Assembly (NCBI GenBank): GCA_964304625.1
Contig: OZ199840.1
Coordinates: 8,973,306 to 9,037,305 of the forward strand
Source: Kudoa neothunni
Taxonomy: Eukaryota > Animalia > Cnidaria
Reading direction: 5' to 3'
DNA: 64,000 nucleotides
Within the stretch, counting starts at the first letter, position 1. The number at the start of each line of letters is the position of its first letter. The position numbers and the translations under genes are program-made. Below, piece by piece: positions 52,601 through 64,000 of this stretch. Under the pieces are notes generated by a model that saw only the letters and a list, made by a program, of their open reading frames with translations, did not search any database and was not told the DNA's origin.

Positions 52601-53849
52601 AATATCGAGCAATAGACTATGTAGGTTGAATAGATCTAATATAAACTATTGTTTAATTGCCCTGTTTCGTAGGATTAAGCAAAATAAATTATGAATTAAA
52701 TAAATTTTGATATCTCATTTTTTGAATAGAAAATAATTAATAAAAAACAACCGATAATATTACTATACGCATTACATGATTTAAGCCAGGACTAGCGAAA
52801 ATTGCGAAATGAATATATTATGATTGATTTTTAAATTTATTCAAGAACTAGCGCAAAAACCCCGCGGACTAAAGCTTTGAATAGGCCAAGGTCAGTTTAT
52901 GTTAAAAATAAATTATAATTAGGTTATCGTTCTTTTGACAACAGAGTCGATCAAACTATACAGCAATAATATGATCATCTTCATTTTCTTCTTTATTGGA
53001 CTTTATCTACACTTAGAAATCATAAGTTCTTACAACTCACGTGGCGTATTAAGCGCTTTAACCAAACCGTTTATGAACTAACAAATCTGAAAGTTTGTTA
53101 AAATTGTTGCATTTAATTATAACATGCTAACATCACTTTATGTTTATTTAAAAAATATTTAAAACTTTTTTTTAATTAAGCGTGCAAAGTGAATATTTTA
53201 TTCACGTGTATTAATATTAATCTCTTGTTTAAACAAAAAATCTTCGTATACACCGAGTTCCCGCCTATGCACGAACGAACGTTGTAGAACTTGTTAACTT
53301 AGTTTAAAGTGTAGAAAAGAGTAAAGTTTAAATTACAATTGTATTTAAATAATATAAATTGAAGTTATATACGCATATCACCGAACATTATAGCGAATCG
53401 CGTGCTGTGGTAATCTTATTATTATCAACGCTAATCTATTTACTAAAAGTTGACATTACCAATTCACCACTTTATAACAATGCAGACAATCCAGTTATAT
53501 TTTCGTGATTAATTTTGTATTTTTTAAAGTTCAAAAATAAGCTCAAATACTAAATAAAGTCTCTGTGTGAAGAGAAGATTAGTGCACACACACACAAGGA
53601 CACTACAAATTTATACTTTAGGTAACCGATATTCGATAAATTCGGACCTTCTTCTATTAGAATGTTGTTTTAATATTTTAAACCGTATATTTTATTTTTT
53701 TGGTTGGTTTTAATAATAATTTACGAATATTTTAAAAATTGAATATTGGAAAATGATTTTTTCCTATTATTAGCGCTTAACCGCTTTTCCGGAACTTTTC
53801 TGCTCTAGGCGTATTTAGTGGTGTGCCTTTTTTTACAATTATGTCTTGA

Positions 53850-55200
53850 AAATTTAAAAATGGGGAAATAATTAAACTCAAATATAAGTATATTGATTTT
53901 ATTTAAAGAATATTAAACAGGAATGTAAAAATACTACTTTTCATAAATTTAAGCTCAATTCTATTTCTACTCTAGATATCATCTTGATTAAGAAGAAAGA
54001 TATAGTTTTATCTTATAAACGGGCTTGGCTAGTTTAGAGAGAAAAATTTTTAAGCAATGTTCAAAGCACGACATCGATACTTTAGTATATGACTGGGTGA
54101 ATTACTTGAGATAAAACAAATTGGACTATCTGCTCATGATATCATACATGAAAGAAACTAATTGACCAAAGAATTGAACCTAAACGTAATAATGACCCAT
54201 GATTGTTTTCTTGGTTTTAAATCACGATTTAATTTAAAAAGATCACTGCTTATGATAATGTTGCTTATGCTGACTAAGATTTTGTAGAAAATTGGTAATC
54301 TAAATTGAATGACTAAATCAAAGGTAACAACGATGACTGTATCATTAAGCTCGATGAAATTGCACTATTTTATTAACAACATAGAGGTCCATTACTTTTA
54401 ATGCTATGTTTTGTCGAGAGAAAAAAATCTAAAATATAGTTATTGTTTTGCGGAATGCATCTATGCCTGGAGGTTGCATTGAATCTCTTGTGATCGGGAA
54501 TCACAAATACCAGGTTGTTTTAAAAATCCTAAAGCATTTATAGTAAATTACAACTCAAATAGGGAAGAATAGATGACTATGGAAACATTAACAAATATCC
54601 TTCTAATTTTGACAACGTATTCAAATCGAAGTACAAGAAAGTTTTGCTACTTCTTAATGATGCCATTTGTCACGCCAAAATTCATTTATCCAATATCTCT
54701 CTTATATTCCTTACAAAAAATTCGTCCAGCGTTTTGCAACTATTGGCCCATGGAACTATTTATTATACAAATCAAAATTACAAAAATTATTCAATAGAAA
54801 ATCATATTGCTGCAGTTAGCAGTGACATAAATGCATCCTCCCTAGATTCGCTTAAAACCTTGTTCCTAAATAAAAAATAATGGGACGGTGTTTCAAAGGA
54901 TATTGTATTTAACTGATTCAGAAAATATGAGTTACCGGCAGCTGATAAATACGAGCGTTCATTAAATATTAATTTAAGCAATCAAGAATTCTCAGCTGGA
55001 AATTCCGAGATTATTAATTAAAGGGGAAGTCATTATGCCTACATCAAAACACTATGAAAAGCCTGCTCCTTTGATCGTTGAACCTTCTAATTTTAAAACT
55101 GAAGATTTAGGAGTGGCAGAATTTATATCAGAAAAAAAGTCTTTAAATATTTAAAAAAAACAGAATCAATAATAAATATACGACAGAGGAATTGATTATT
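53850..55200 (+). mobile_element. Decayed pogo/Tigger (CENP-B/DDE_1) transposase
   Basis: LDEIALFY, LLLNDAICH and IFLTKNSSSVLQLLAHGTI parallel the Tigger motifs DETGLF, LLLDNAPGH and FLPPNTTSxLQPMDQGII. Confidence 0.75.
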
Positions 55201-56369
55201 TAAACGAAATAATGACTTAAGGTGATAAAATTACAACATATGCCTTTAAAAATATAAATAAAATAACATTAAATAATATATTATTTCAATAAAGGGAGAT
55301 AAACGTATAAACGAAATTAATTTCTATAAAATAAATATATTTTTTAATTTTTTTGTGCGCAGAAAGTTACGGAAAATCGGTTACCTATTATATATATATA
55401 TAGATAGATAGATAGATAGACCTCATGAAGAAATATAATGAAATTTGTTTTTACCCAATATTTATCTGTTCATTATCAACATGGTTGTATTTTTCGCACT
55501 AAATACTATATTATCTACGTTATCTTGTTTCTAATAACCAAGCATAAACTAAAATTTAATCAATAACGAACATAAGTAGCATAAAAATAAATGTAGATGT
55601 CACTTTAACCATGCATTAATCCAGATTTCAAGGCAATTTTATCCGAAAATTCGAGCATAATTTTGTTTCGAGTTACGGTCGCTGAAGTTTCGGTTAAGCG
55701 ACTTTTTTTTATTTAGAATCTATATCATTTTTAAATCAATTTTAAAAAATCATTCGGATTAACGAATTTTGGGGAAAACGGGTTCGATAGTATATAGATA
55801 CCTTGAATGACAAATTAAATTAACGTTATTATAAAGACGTGATCATCTAGTGGTTGATTGTCATGGAGATAGTCGATTTCTGTTTGAATTTACCCAAACC
55901 TTGGAAATTTTCTAACGTAAATTTACATTTGTCTCGACTTAATGAATCAAAAAGTTTAATTAAGGTTTTATATTTTAATTTCATTGGTTTTAATGATTTT
56001 ATATGTGGTGATAATTCGTTAAGAGTTTCAAATTATTAAACTGTAAAAATAATGCAACTAGAAACATTATTACAAAACATGCCATAATTTATTATTTGTT
56101 ATTTTCCGATAAAATGAATTCTTTAAAAATAAGGAAGTTGATATTATATTGGTGGTTAAAGAAAAACGCAAATGAACTATCAGCGAACACATTTTCAACT
56201 TCAATAAACACACACTTGCAACATAACAAACCTATTAAAGAATTTGTTTGAAGTCTTATTCATGTTCAAAAAATTGTATGTGATTATTTATATATAAGAA
56301 ATCAATAAGTAGAAACTTGATTAATAAAAGTAATAATGATTTTAACATGAAAATGTGATATGTTTTTAT

Positions 56370-57857
56370 TCATTCTTCTGCATCTTCTTCTTCTCGATCG
56401 TTTTCTATCGTCTCCTCTATTCCAACATCTTCACCATTGTCATAATGGCCACTACAGATCGCTTTGCATTTCTCCCCTGTTTCAAAATTGTTGGAATTCC
56501 CATCATATCCTTTGTAATAAAACGCGTGGCATTTATGGTCAGATTGTTTATAATAGTATCTCTTGACTTTAAATATATTTGAGTCGTTGCCCGAGTTGTT
56601 GACCACAACTCCCTTTTTCTTTCTAACACAAGTTTCTTGGATTACAATTTTCTTTTCATAATTCTCTAAATTTTTTCCGAATTCAAAATAGTTTTAAGCA
56701 CAATGTAAATATGAAAATTCTATATAATTTGAATTTTTTGAATGAATTAAAAATGTACCTGCCCCGCAATAGCTATGGCACATTTCCATGGTGGGGAAAT
56801 TATTTTTCTCTGGATCAAAGTCCGCTTTTCCTGCGTGTTTCCCTGTTTCCATGCGTTTACACACTTTTTTCGTTTTGTCATAATAATATCTGAACTCAAC
56901 ATCATCTTTCGGTTCATCTGGTTTAGTTATAGCAGTTTGAGATGGACCAATATCGCATGCAGCTACTCTCTTTTTATGTTGTGGCACATCACTAGTATGT
57001 GTGCTTGGGTATGCTAAAATACATGAGACATTGATGTAAATAATAAATATACGAAAACATTTTTTAACACATTCACCAAACGAGCCGAAAACCCCTCTTG
57101 TGTTTGAGTCTAATGAGACTGCTGCATAAGCACATTTACTTTTACCTTTATCAGCAATAATTGCTGTGCTTGGATCTTTGTCTTTAACATCGGGTCTAAG
57201 GTCGCAGTCCAATATATTCGGAACTTCGTAATGTGTACGATTCTGAAGTGTAACTATTTTATCATCAGCATTTGTAAGCCCACCATTCCTTTTATCTACA
57301 AAACATGATTTAATTCTCTAGAGATGCTCATATTTTTTTTACTTAAACAATAAAACCTGCATTCTTCTAGATCGTTGTAACGATTAAAGCTCCCTCCGCA
57401 TCCATTATATTGAAAAGGAACACAATCGGCTTTAGTTTGATCAAAATAGAACTGCGGATTTGTATTTGTATTTTTCACGCAATGTCCTGGATGATGTGGT
57501 TTTTTGCACCCTTGAAGCTTTTCTTTTGTCGTCAACTGTCCTACTATAATTGGTCATAAATTTACATTAATTTAAAAAAATACAATGCATCTCGCATAGT
57601 CCTTTTGATGCGAAATTGTTATAATTTCCTTTGATACCTCGGTATTCAAGAGGTTTGCATTTAGCATCTTGGATGTCTATGAACCATCGATCGATGACAT
57701 TATTCATATTTCTTTCTCCATCTACAGGCCAATCTCCCTCATCTCTTTCATAAGAGGGTAATATAGGATCTAAAGGATTATCAAAACGAGATGAAAATGT
57801 TTATTTACCTGACAAAAAAGTGGGAAAATATAGCACAACAAGTATCTTGAATAACAT
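56370..57857 (-). CDS. Secreted five-domain Kunitz/BPTI protein with acidic tail
   Basis: Signal MLFKILVVLYFPTFLS (57857-57809), then one Kunitz-type domain per phase-1 exon. Domain 2 is canonical (CKKPHHPGHC..FYFD..CVPFQYNGCGGSFNRYNDLEECRFYC); the others are Cys-reduced but keep RYYY/NNF/CxxxC elements. Tail EETIENDREEEDAEE. Confidence 0.9.
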
Positions 57858-57949
57858 CAGATTCATTCATGACAGACAATCCGAGTAATAAAAATTATGA
57901 CGAAGATGGATTATCAAGTGCACATAAAAAATTAAATCAATAGTTTATT

Positions 57950-59045
57950 GGATAATAAGATTAAAACAAATTAATTAAGAGGTCACGAACTTTTTTTGTT
58001 CGTCGACCCCCCTTCAGAGATGTTATTAAAAATATCAGAACATTCTCAACTTTTCGGATTAACAACGCGAAACATCTACTCTGTTGGAACCATAAGAAGG
58101 AATAGAATTCAAGACTGTCCATTAACCCCAGTAAAATAATTCAGCAAGAAAGGTCGCGGTTCTTACGTTATCTTTCAGGATACCAATAATGGAACAATAT
58201 TAACTCAACGGTGTGACGGTTCTGTTGCTAAGCCTTCTTCTACTCATTCTTCATCCCAACCTCTTCGTGTGGTTAAAAGATTCGATAGAAGGACTAAAAA
58301 GACAACAAATATTGACTACCCAAATGTAGTTTCAGAATATAATAAAAACACGGGTGGAGTTGATTTGTCAGACATGATGGCACTGTACAAGTCAAACCAC
58401 AAATGACGAAAGTTTTATATGCGAATATTATTTTTGGGGTGCAACATCGCCATAATCAATGCTTGGTTATTATGTAGACGAAATACAAAGGACAATGATG
58501 ACAACAACCAAGTAATGGACTTTATGTCCTTTAATCAGTCTATAAGTGAAAGTTTGATTCACTTCAAAAAATCCAATATGATAACAAGCGGTGAGCGTCC
58601 TTCATTGGGTGATTTTAAAGTTATAGCTGTTGATCATTTGTAAAAAAAACAATTGAAACCCCCTATCGGAGTCAATAAGATTCGATAACGTCGGACATTA
58701 TACTGAAATAGTGGATACAAAAGGAATGTGCAGATTGTATATAAAAGAACAAAATTCAGCTACATTAAATATGGGATACAATGTTGTATTGTTAAACAGA
58801 GAAACTATTTCTATTTAATTTACAACAGATAATTTTATGTTGTATTTTTAAAACTCGAACCGGATTCGATGGAAATATTTTATCGCGCGAATGCCCAATG
58901 GGCATTCTGGTGACCACGACGAAAAATGTTATAAAATAATATTTAAACATTTATTTGGATTCGACATTTTTTTTATAAAATAAAAATGAAATCTTTATTT
59001 AATATAATTTTTATAACTCTAATTAAAAATTTGCAAACGAAAGGG
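57950..59045 (+). mobile_element. piggyBac transposon 3' remnant with right terminus
   Basis: TVGTIRRNRIQDCPL, YNKNTGGVDLSD and NIAIINAWLL fragments; ends AAGGG|TTAA at 59041-49. Confidence 0.88.
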
Positions 59046-60163
59046 TTAAAACGGGGCATGTGCAAATTAGATTTTCGTACTTCGGTCATTAAATTTATAA
59101 AATCTACTGTTAAGTTCTAGATATACTTTAATCCATATGCATAGTCACGTGTTTCGGTAGTTTATAAAATGAGCGTTTATGGTGGCATTAACATCTACTT
59201 GATAGAATTATCCTAAATTTTTTTAAAACAGAGCATATACTATAACGGTTATAATAAATAAAAAAAAATCTGAGGTGTCACATCCCCAAATCAATTCGTT
59301 TAAGTGTTAATATCCATTATTGATTTCACATTAAAATACTTAAAAATCGTATATTGGGATTAGTGACGATTGCTCTAATATATAATTAATTTAAAATAAA
59401 AATAACTATTGAATATTTTGGTTTTTAGTTACTTAATGTATGTAAATATAAATATACCTTAATAAAATAAAGTAAATATTTTCACGTTGGAATTTTGGAA
59501 CAAATATTATTATAAAATTTTTTTAATCGTGAATTATCTATCCAATAAAATTTATAAACTAAAACCCACTTTAAGAGATTTCATCGTTAAATTTAAATAT
59601 TTTCATTCTAATTTTAAATATAATAAATCAGAAAGATCTGGTTTTAAAAAACGAAGTCACAAGATTGAACATTTACAAATTTATTATTAACATATACAAA
59701 TAAAAAAAATTCAGCGAACAATTGACGACTTTGAATTTGTTAAAATTATAGAGAATTAATCATTTTTTTGATGTATTTATCAACAACATAGAGATTCTAC
59801 GTGAATCCCAATGTGGTTGACATAAGATTAACTTATAGTCTATAGCTTAATTTTTTTCAGTTGAATTGAACTATAAATGTAATTTTTTGTCATAAGAATA
59901 AAAATGAAAAAACTTTTGAAAAAGAAGTGAAATAATAGGACGAATTGTAGGAAACGACACTATTTCCGATTTTGTATGCGACACCGCCCGAGGTTCGTGC
60001 ACAGATACTGTAGTACTGAATTTTAGCTAAATTTTAAAAGAAATAAAATATTTTATTCAAAAAAAATGCGCTGTCGAATTTGATAAGAAAATTTCTCCTA
60101 ACTTTTATTACAAAAATCCACTGTGAACGTATCACACGATTTTGTTAATACATTGACTTAATC

Positions 60164-62582
60164 CGGGGGTCGTCAAACTACGACCAACTTACGTTTCCAT
60201 AATGACTTGTAAAATTTAGTTATTTAGTGTTACTCTGTAATTAAATGGTACTCAACTTCTATAAAAATTGTCTTGTTAGATTCATAGTTAAGTTCTTTCT
60301 TAATAATTGTTATTATTAAAATTAATCATAAAAATTGAAAAACTTGCATTCTCGATACTCGTATAGTAATATTACCCTTTATTCGTTTTCAAATATCAAA
60401 ATATTTAATGATATATGTATAAGAAATCGTAATTTTGTCAGAAAACTTAAAAACTTGGATTTAAATATTGAATCTTTTATTGGTTTCATGACTGTTTAGT
60501 GACGTATGCAACAATCAGGGTTTCAATCATTCTTATTGATTTGTGTTCATTTTCACGCGCCCTGTCTCTTCGATTTATCGTGCGAAAATGGCGGGTTATG
60601 GAAGAAAGAGAAAAATCGACCTTGAGTGTCGAATGTTTAACGATGAGTGGAATATAAAGTACTTTGTTATTAAATTTGGCAAAAAAGCAATATGTGTTAT
60701 TTGTGACAACACTGTCGCAGTACTGGAAGAATTTAATATTCGCAGACATAACGAGACAAAACATTCGTCGAAGTATTCAAGATAAAATGGAATACTCCGT
60801 ACGGAGAAATTCAGATCATTAAAAAATAATTTGTCGTCGAGGCAATTGATCTTCAAAAAAATTATCCATAAAAATGAAGCTACCACAAGAGGTAGTTTTC
60901 ATGTGGCCTATTTGGTAGCCAAAAAGGGAACCATTTTCTAATGATGAAATTTCCAAGGAGGCTCTAAAGGACGTGGTGAATGAGGTATGTCCGGAAAAAG
61001 CCAGCTCATTTTCCGAGATAAGTCTTTCGACAAACACAATAGGTCATAGAGTGGAGAATAAGGGTGAAAATATTATTTCGTAATTACGAGATAAAATAGA
61101 TGAATTTGTCTGCTTTTCTATCACCCTGGATGAATCCACTGATGTATCAAACACCTCTTAAATTTTATTTTTCATTAGAGGGGTTAATACTGAGTTGATA
61201 GTTACAGAAGAACTCCTCTCGGTACATAGCATTAGCATACATGGAACTACAAGGGGTCTCGATTTATTTAACGAGATTGAAAAGTCATTCAAAAATTCCA
61301 ACCTAGACTGGAATAAACTTAAATGCGTCACTACTGATAGGGTTAGAACTATGAGTGGAAAAACAAAAGGTTTAGTTGGACAAATATGTAATACGATTGA
61401 AAACTCTGGTGGACAAAAACCTTTGGCGCCTCATTGTATTATTCATCAACAAGCTCTCTACGTGGAAAATATAGTTACCTGTCATCAGTATTAAATCCCG
61501 TTGTTTCCATTGTTAGTTTTGCCCGGTCACATGGATTCCATCGTAGACAATTTAAGGAATTTTTGGAAGATTCACATGCTGAATACTCGAGTTTGCCATA
61601 TTACACAAATACGAGATGGCTTAGCTGTAGAAAGGTTTTAAGTCGATACTTTGACTCAAGAACAGAAATTGGGTTTTTTTTCTTACTGAACATAAAAATC
61701 CTCTAAATTTGTTAAAAAATGATGATTGAATCTGGAAATTTTCTTTTTTTGCAGATTTGACAGTACATCCGCACGATTTTAATCTTAAATTGCAAAGCAA
61801 AACAATGTTAATAAACGATTTTTATTCATTAATGAAAGCGCTTCGACAGAAATTGATTTTTTTTAATTCGCAATGAAATAGTAATTGTTTCACTCATTTT
61901 TCACGTGATAAACATGCCCAACAAAGAAATGTATCTTTTCCAACTACTGTCGCCCTAGACACTTTCCGATTTAACGCTGCGGTTTGATGAGCGTTTCAAC
62001 GATATTGAGACAATTTCCTCGAATATTTCAATGTTAGAAAATCTTTTTAGATGTCACATCGACCAATTACTTGCAGAGTTGAAAATGGAAATCATTGACC
62101 ATCAAGCTAATGAAATATACAAACGTAAATATAATGAAATCAATTTATTACAATTTTAAAAGCTTTTGCCTCATCATGATTTTCCGAATCTTTTATCTTT
62201 TACTAGTAGATATATTTCAATATTAACACAACGTATTTTCGCGAGAAAAACATTTTCAGAAATGAAATATATGAAATCCGCATACGGAACACAGTTGTGT
62301 AATGATCGCTAAAATTAAATATTGATGATAAGGATGTCAAAGTTCATATCACAGTGGGATATTATTATACCAGATCTGAAACGACTTCACTTTTCACATA
62401 ATTGAAAATAAACTTATTATTTTTTCTGTTATAATTATTTATTTTTATTATTTCGTCCCAAGAATTTTTTATGCGAAGTTATTCAGTTTTCCAAGTTTTT
62501 TTGTTTGAATTTTTAATTCGACCCTCCGAGTAATATCAACAACCCAATCTGACCTTAGCCTCAAAAAGTTTGGAGACCCCTG
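60164..62582 (+). mobile_element. hAT transposon of the SPIN/GTF2IRD2-like group; disrupted transposase
   Basis: 16-bp TIRs CGGGGGTCGTCAAACT and AGTTTGGAGACCCCTG (13/16 match). RKRKIDLECRMFNDEW..ICVIC..NIRRHNETKH, LDESTD, HGTTRG, HCIIHQQAL and RWLS motifs. TSD not preserved. Confidence 0.92.
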
Positions 62583-62919
62583 ATCTATATGTTTTCATAA
62601 ATCCTCAAATCATACCAATCATATCACGTGAAAATGTTTTTAGTCACTTTGTAGGATGTAAATCTTTTATAAGTTTTTACATATTTTTCTGCGTTAAAAT
62701 TTTTTCTTTCCATACGTGTGTCCAAATGGAGCGATATGCCTCTTTATAAAGAATGAAAAATATGTACGCACTCACACGGATTTTCGGTTTACTCTATATA
62801 GTAGATGAATTGATTTTGGCATTATCGATCCAAATATCAACTGTTAAGTACATACTATGATGATTGATTATTTTAGTTAATGTATCCATTCTTATATACA
62901 TACGCTCATACCCATTCAT

Positions 62920-63210
62920 AATTATTTTTTAACGCATTTTTTGATTAAAATCTTAAGTCTAGCACTAGGTTCATTGAACTTTTTGCCTAAGTTAAATGTA
63001 AAGTTTATTGTCTCTGTAAACGATGCACTTTCCCTTATTGTAAACGGGGAGATTGTTTCAGCTACAATATTAGCAATTTTAATGTCAAACATTACTTGAT
63101 CTGATACACTTAAATTTACATTGGAGGGAGGTGAAACAAATAATTCATTAATTTTAATATTTTTATTTGTTTTAGCATGTAAATTATATAAGTTTATTTT
63201 GTTTACAATG
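62920..63210 (-). mobile_element. Possible Ac-type hAT transposase fragment abutting the SINE
   Basis: DIKIANIVAETISPFTIRESASF resembles the hAT post-BED DNA-binding region (PFxxVExxxF). Confidence 0.4.
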
Positions 63211-63212
63211 TC

Positions 63213-63684
63213 AAACCCCTGGCGCAACTTGTTAGGTTGTGAAGATGGGGCTAGTTAGACCTTCTTCATATACGCTTTAGGCACCGCATCGTCATATTAA
63301 GGCAACTTAGATTTATGCGGTAGTGTGGGATTTTAACCCATTAAACATCCTCGTTTTGGAACAACCATTTCCTCAATCATACTCTGGACTAACCCAAAAT
63401 TAGTCTGGGAAAGTCGTCTGAGTGCGGGCGTCGGCTCTACAGAAACCCCCTAATGGGTTATTTTTCATTCTTGTACTTTGTCGTTTATGAGCACAAAAGA
63501 TCTACCCTTCCGCCAGTGTTCCCTCCCATTTGGAAGAAAGGCCACGATAAATCGTAGATCCTTGCGATTACTACAGCCTTCCTACTTAATTTTGGATTAG
63601 GAGTACAGGAACGCATGGATCAGACCTCGAAATCGCAACCTCACGGATGTGAGCTCCACCTAACACCACTATGCCATATTGTCC
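63213..63684 (-). mobile_element. tRNA-headed SINE-like element (~470 bp)
   Basis: Minus-strand head GGACAATA-TGGCATAGTGG (Pol III A-box) with a degenerate B-box about 30 nt downstream. GC-rich body; the 3' part is repeated at 6704-6900. Confidence 0.65.
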
Positions 63685-64000
63685 AGGCTATTTAGTAATA
63701 ATGGAAAACGCCTTTGCTCATCCTGCTGATAAAATGGGTATTTATTGGATAAGTTCAGTTTCATCAAAGTAACATTTTTACCCCCAATACCATCCTGATA
63801 CTTCATCCTATGGGTTGTTAAGTCATTTATAACTTCAAGAAACTTTACACCAAAACCATTTCCGTATTTTCTTGTGGACTATGGAATACAGTTAAAGCTG
63901 TTGGAATTGTTTTATAATAAAATTTTTCCACTTAAATTGCATATAAATAATTGGCAGTGCTTGGCGTTAAGTCACGTACCGAACTCTGATAGTAGCATGG

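Noticed and set aside
60543-62400. Domesticated GTF2IRD2/EPM2AIP1 host gene
   Set aside because: TIRs are present and the ORF has many true stops, so it is a dead transposon.

Overview
AT-rich eukaryotic (metazoan-type) genomic DNA with very short GT-AG introns, mostly 36-50 nt. This style resembles reduced parasitic animals such as myxozoans or orthonectids, but the species cannot be fixed from sequence alone. Housekeeping genes: a DHRS12-like SDR, a ZC3H10-like triple-CCCH protein, RRP15 and COQ5. Lineage-specific secreted or surface genes: two paralogous type-I membrane proteins built from a Cys-rich FN3-like module (about 829 aa and roughly 1,800-1,900 aa), a Thr-rich mucin-like membrane protein and a five-domain Kunitz protein. 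There is a stand-alone Ty3/gypsy-type Gag ORF with no pol or LTR, whose only lesions are homopolymer insertions. The rest is a transposon graveyard (Merlin, MULE with TIRs and a 9-bp TSD, several hATs including a SPIN-like one, piggyBac, pogo/Tigger, a tRNA-headed SINE, a Helitron-like repeat) plus a 1.5-kb almost pure A/T satellite. Several conserved genes have single-base homopolymer indels, most likely assembly errors. Gene models were spliced by hand and identities come from recalled family motifs, not database searches.
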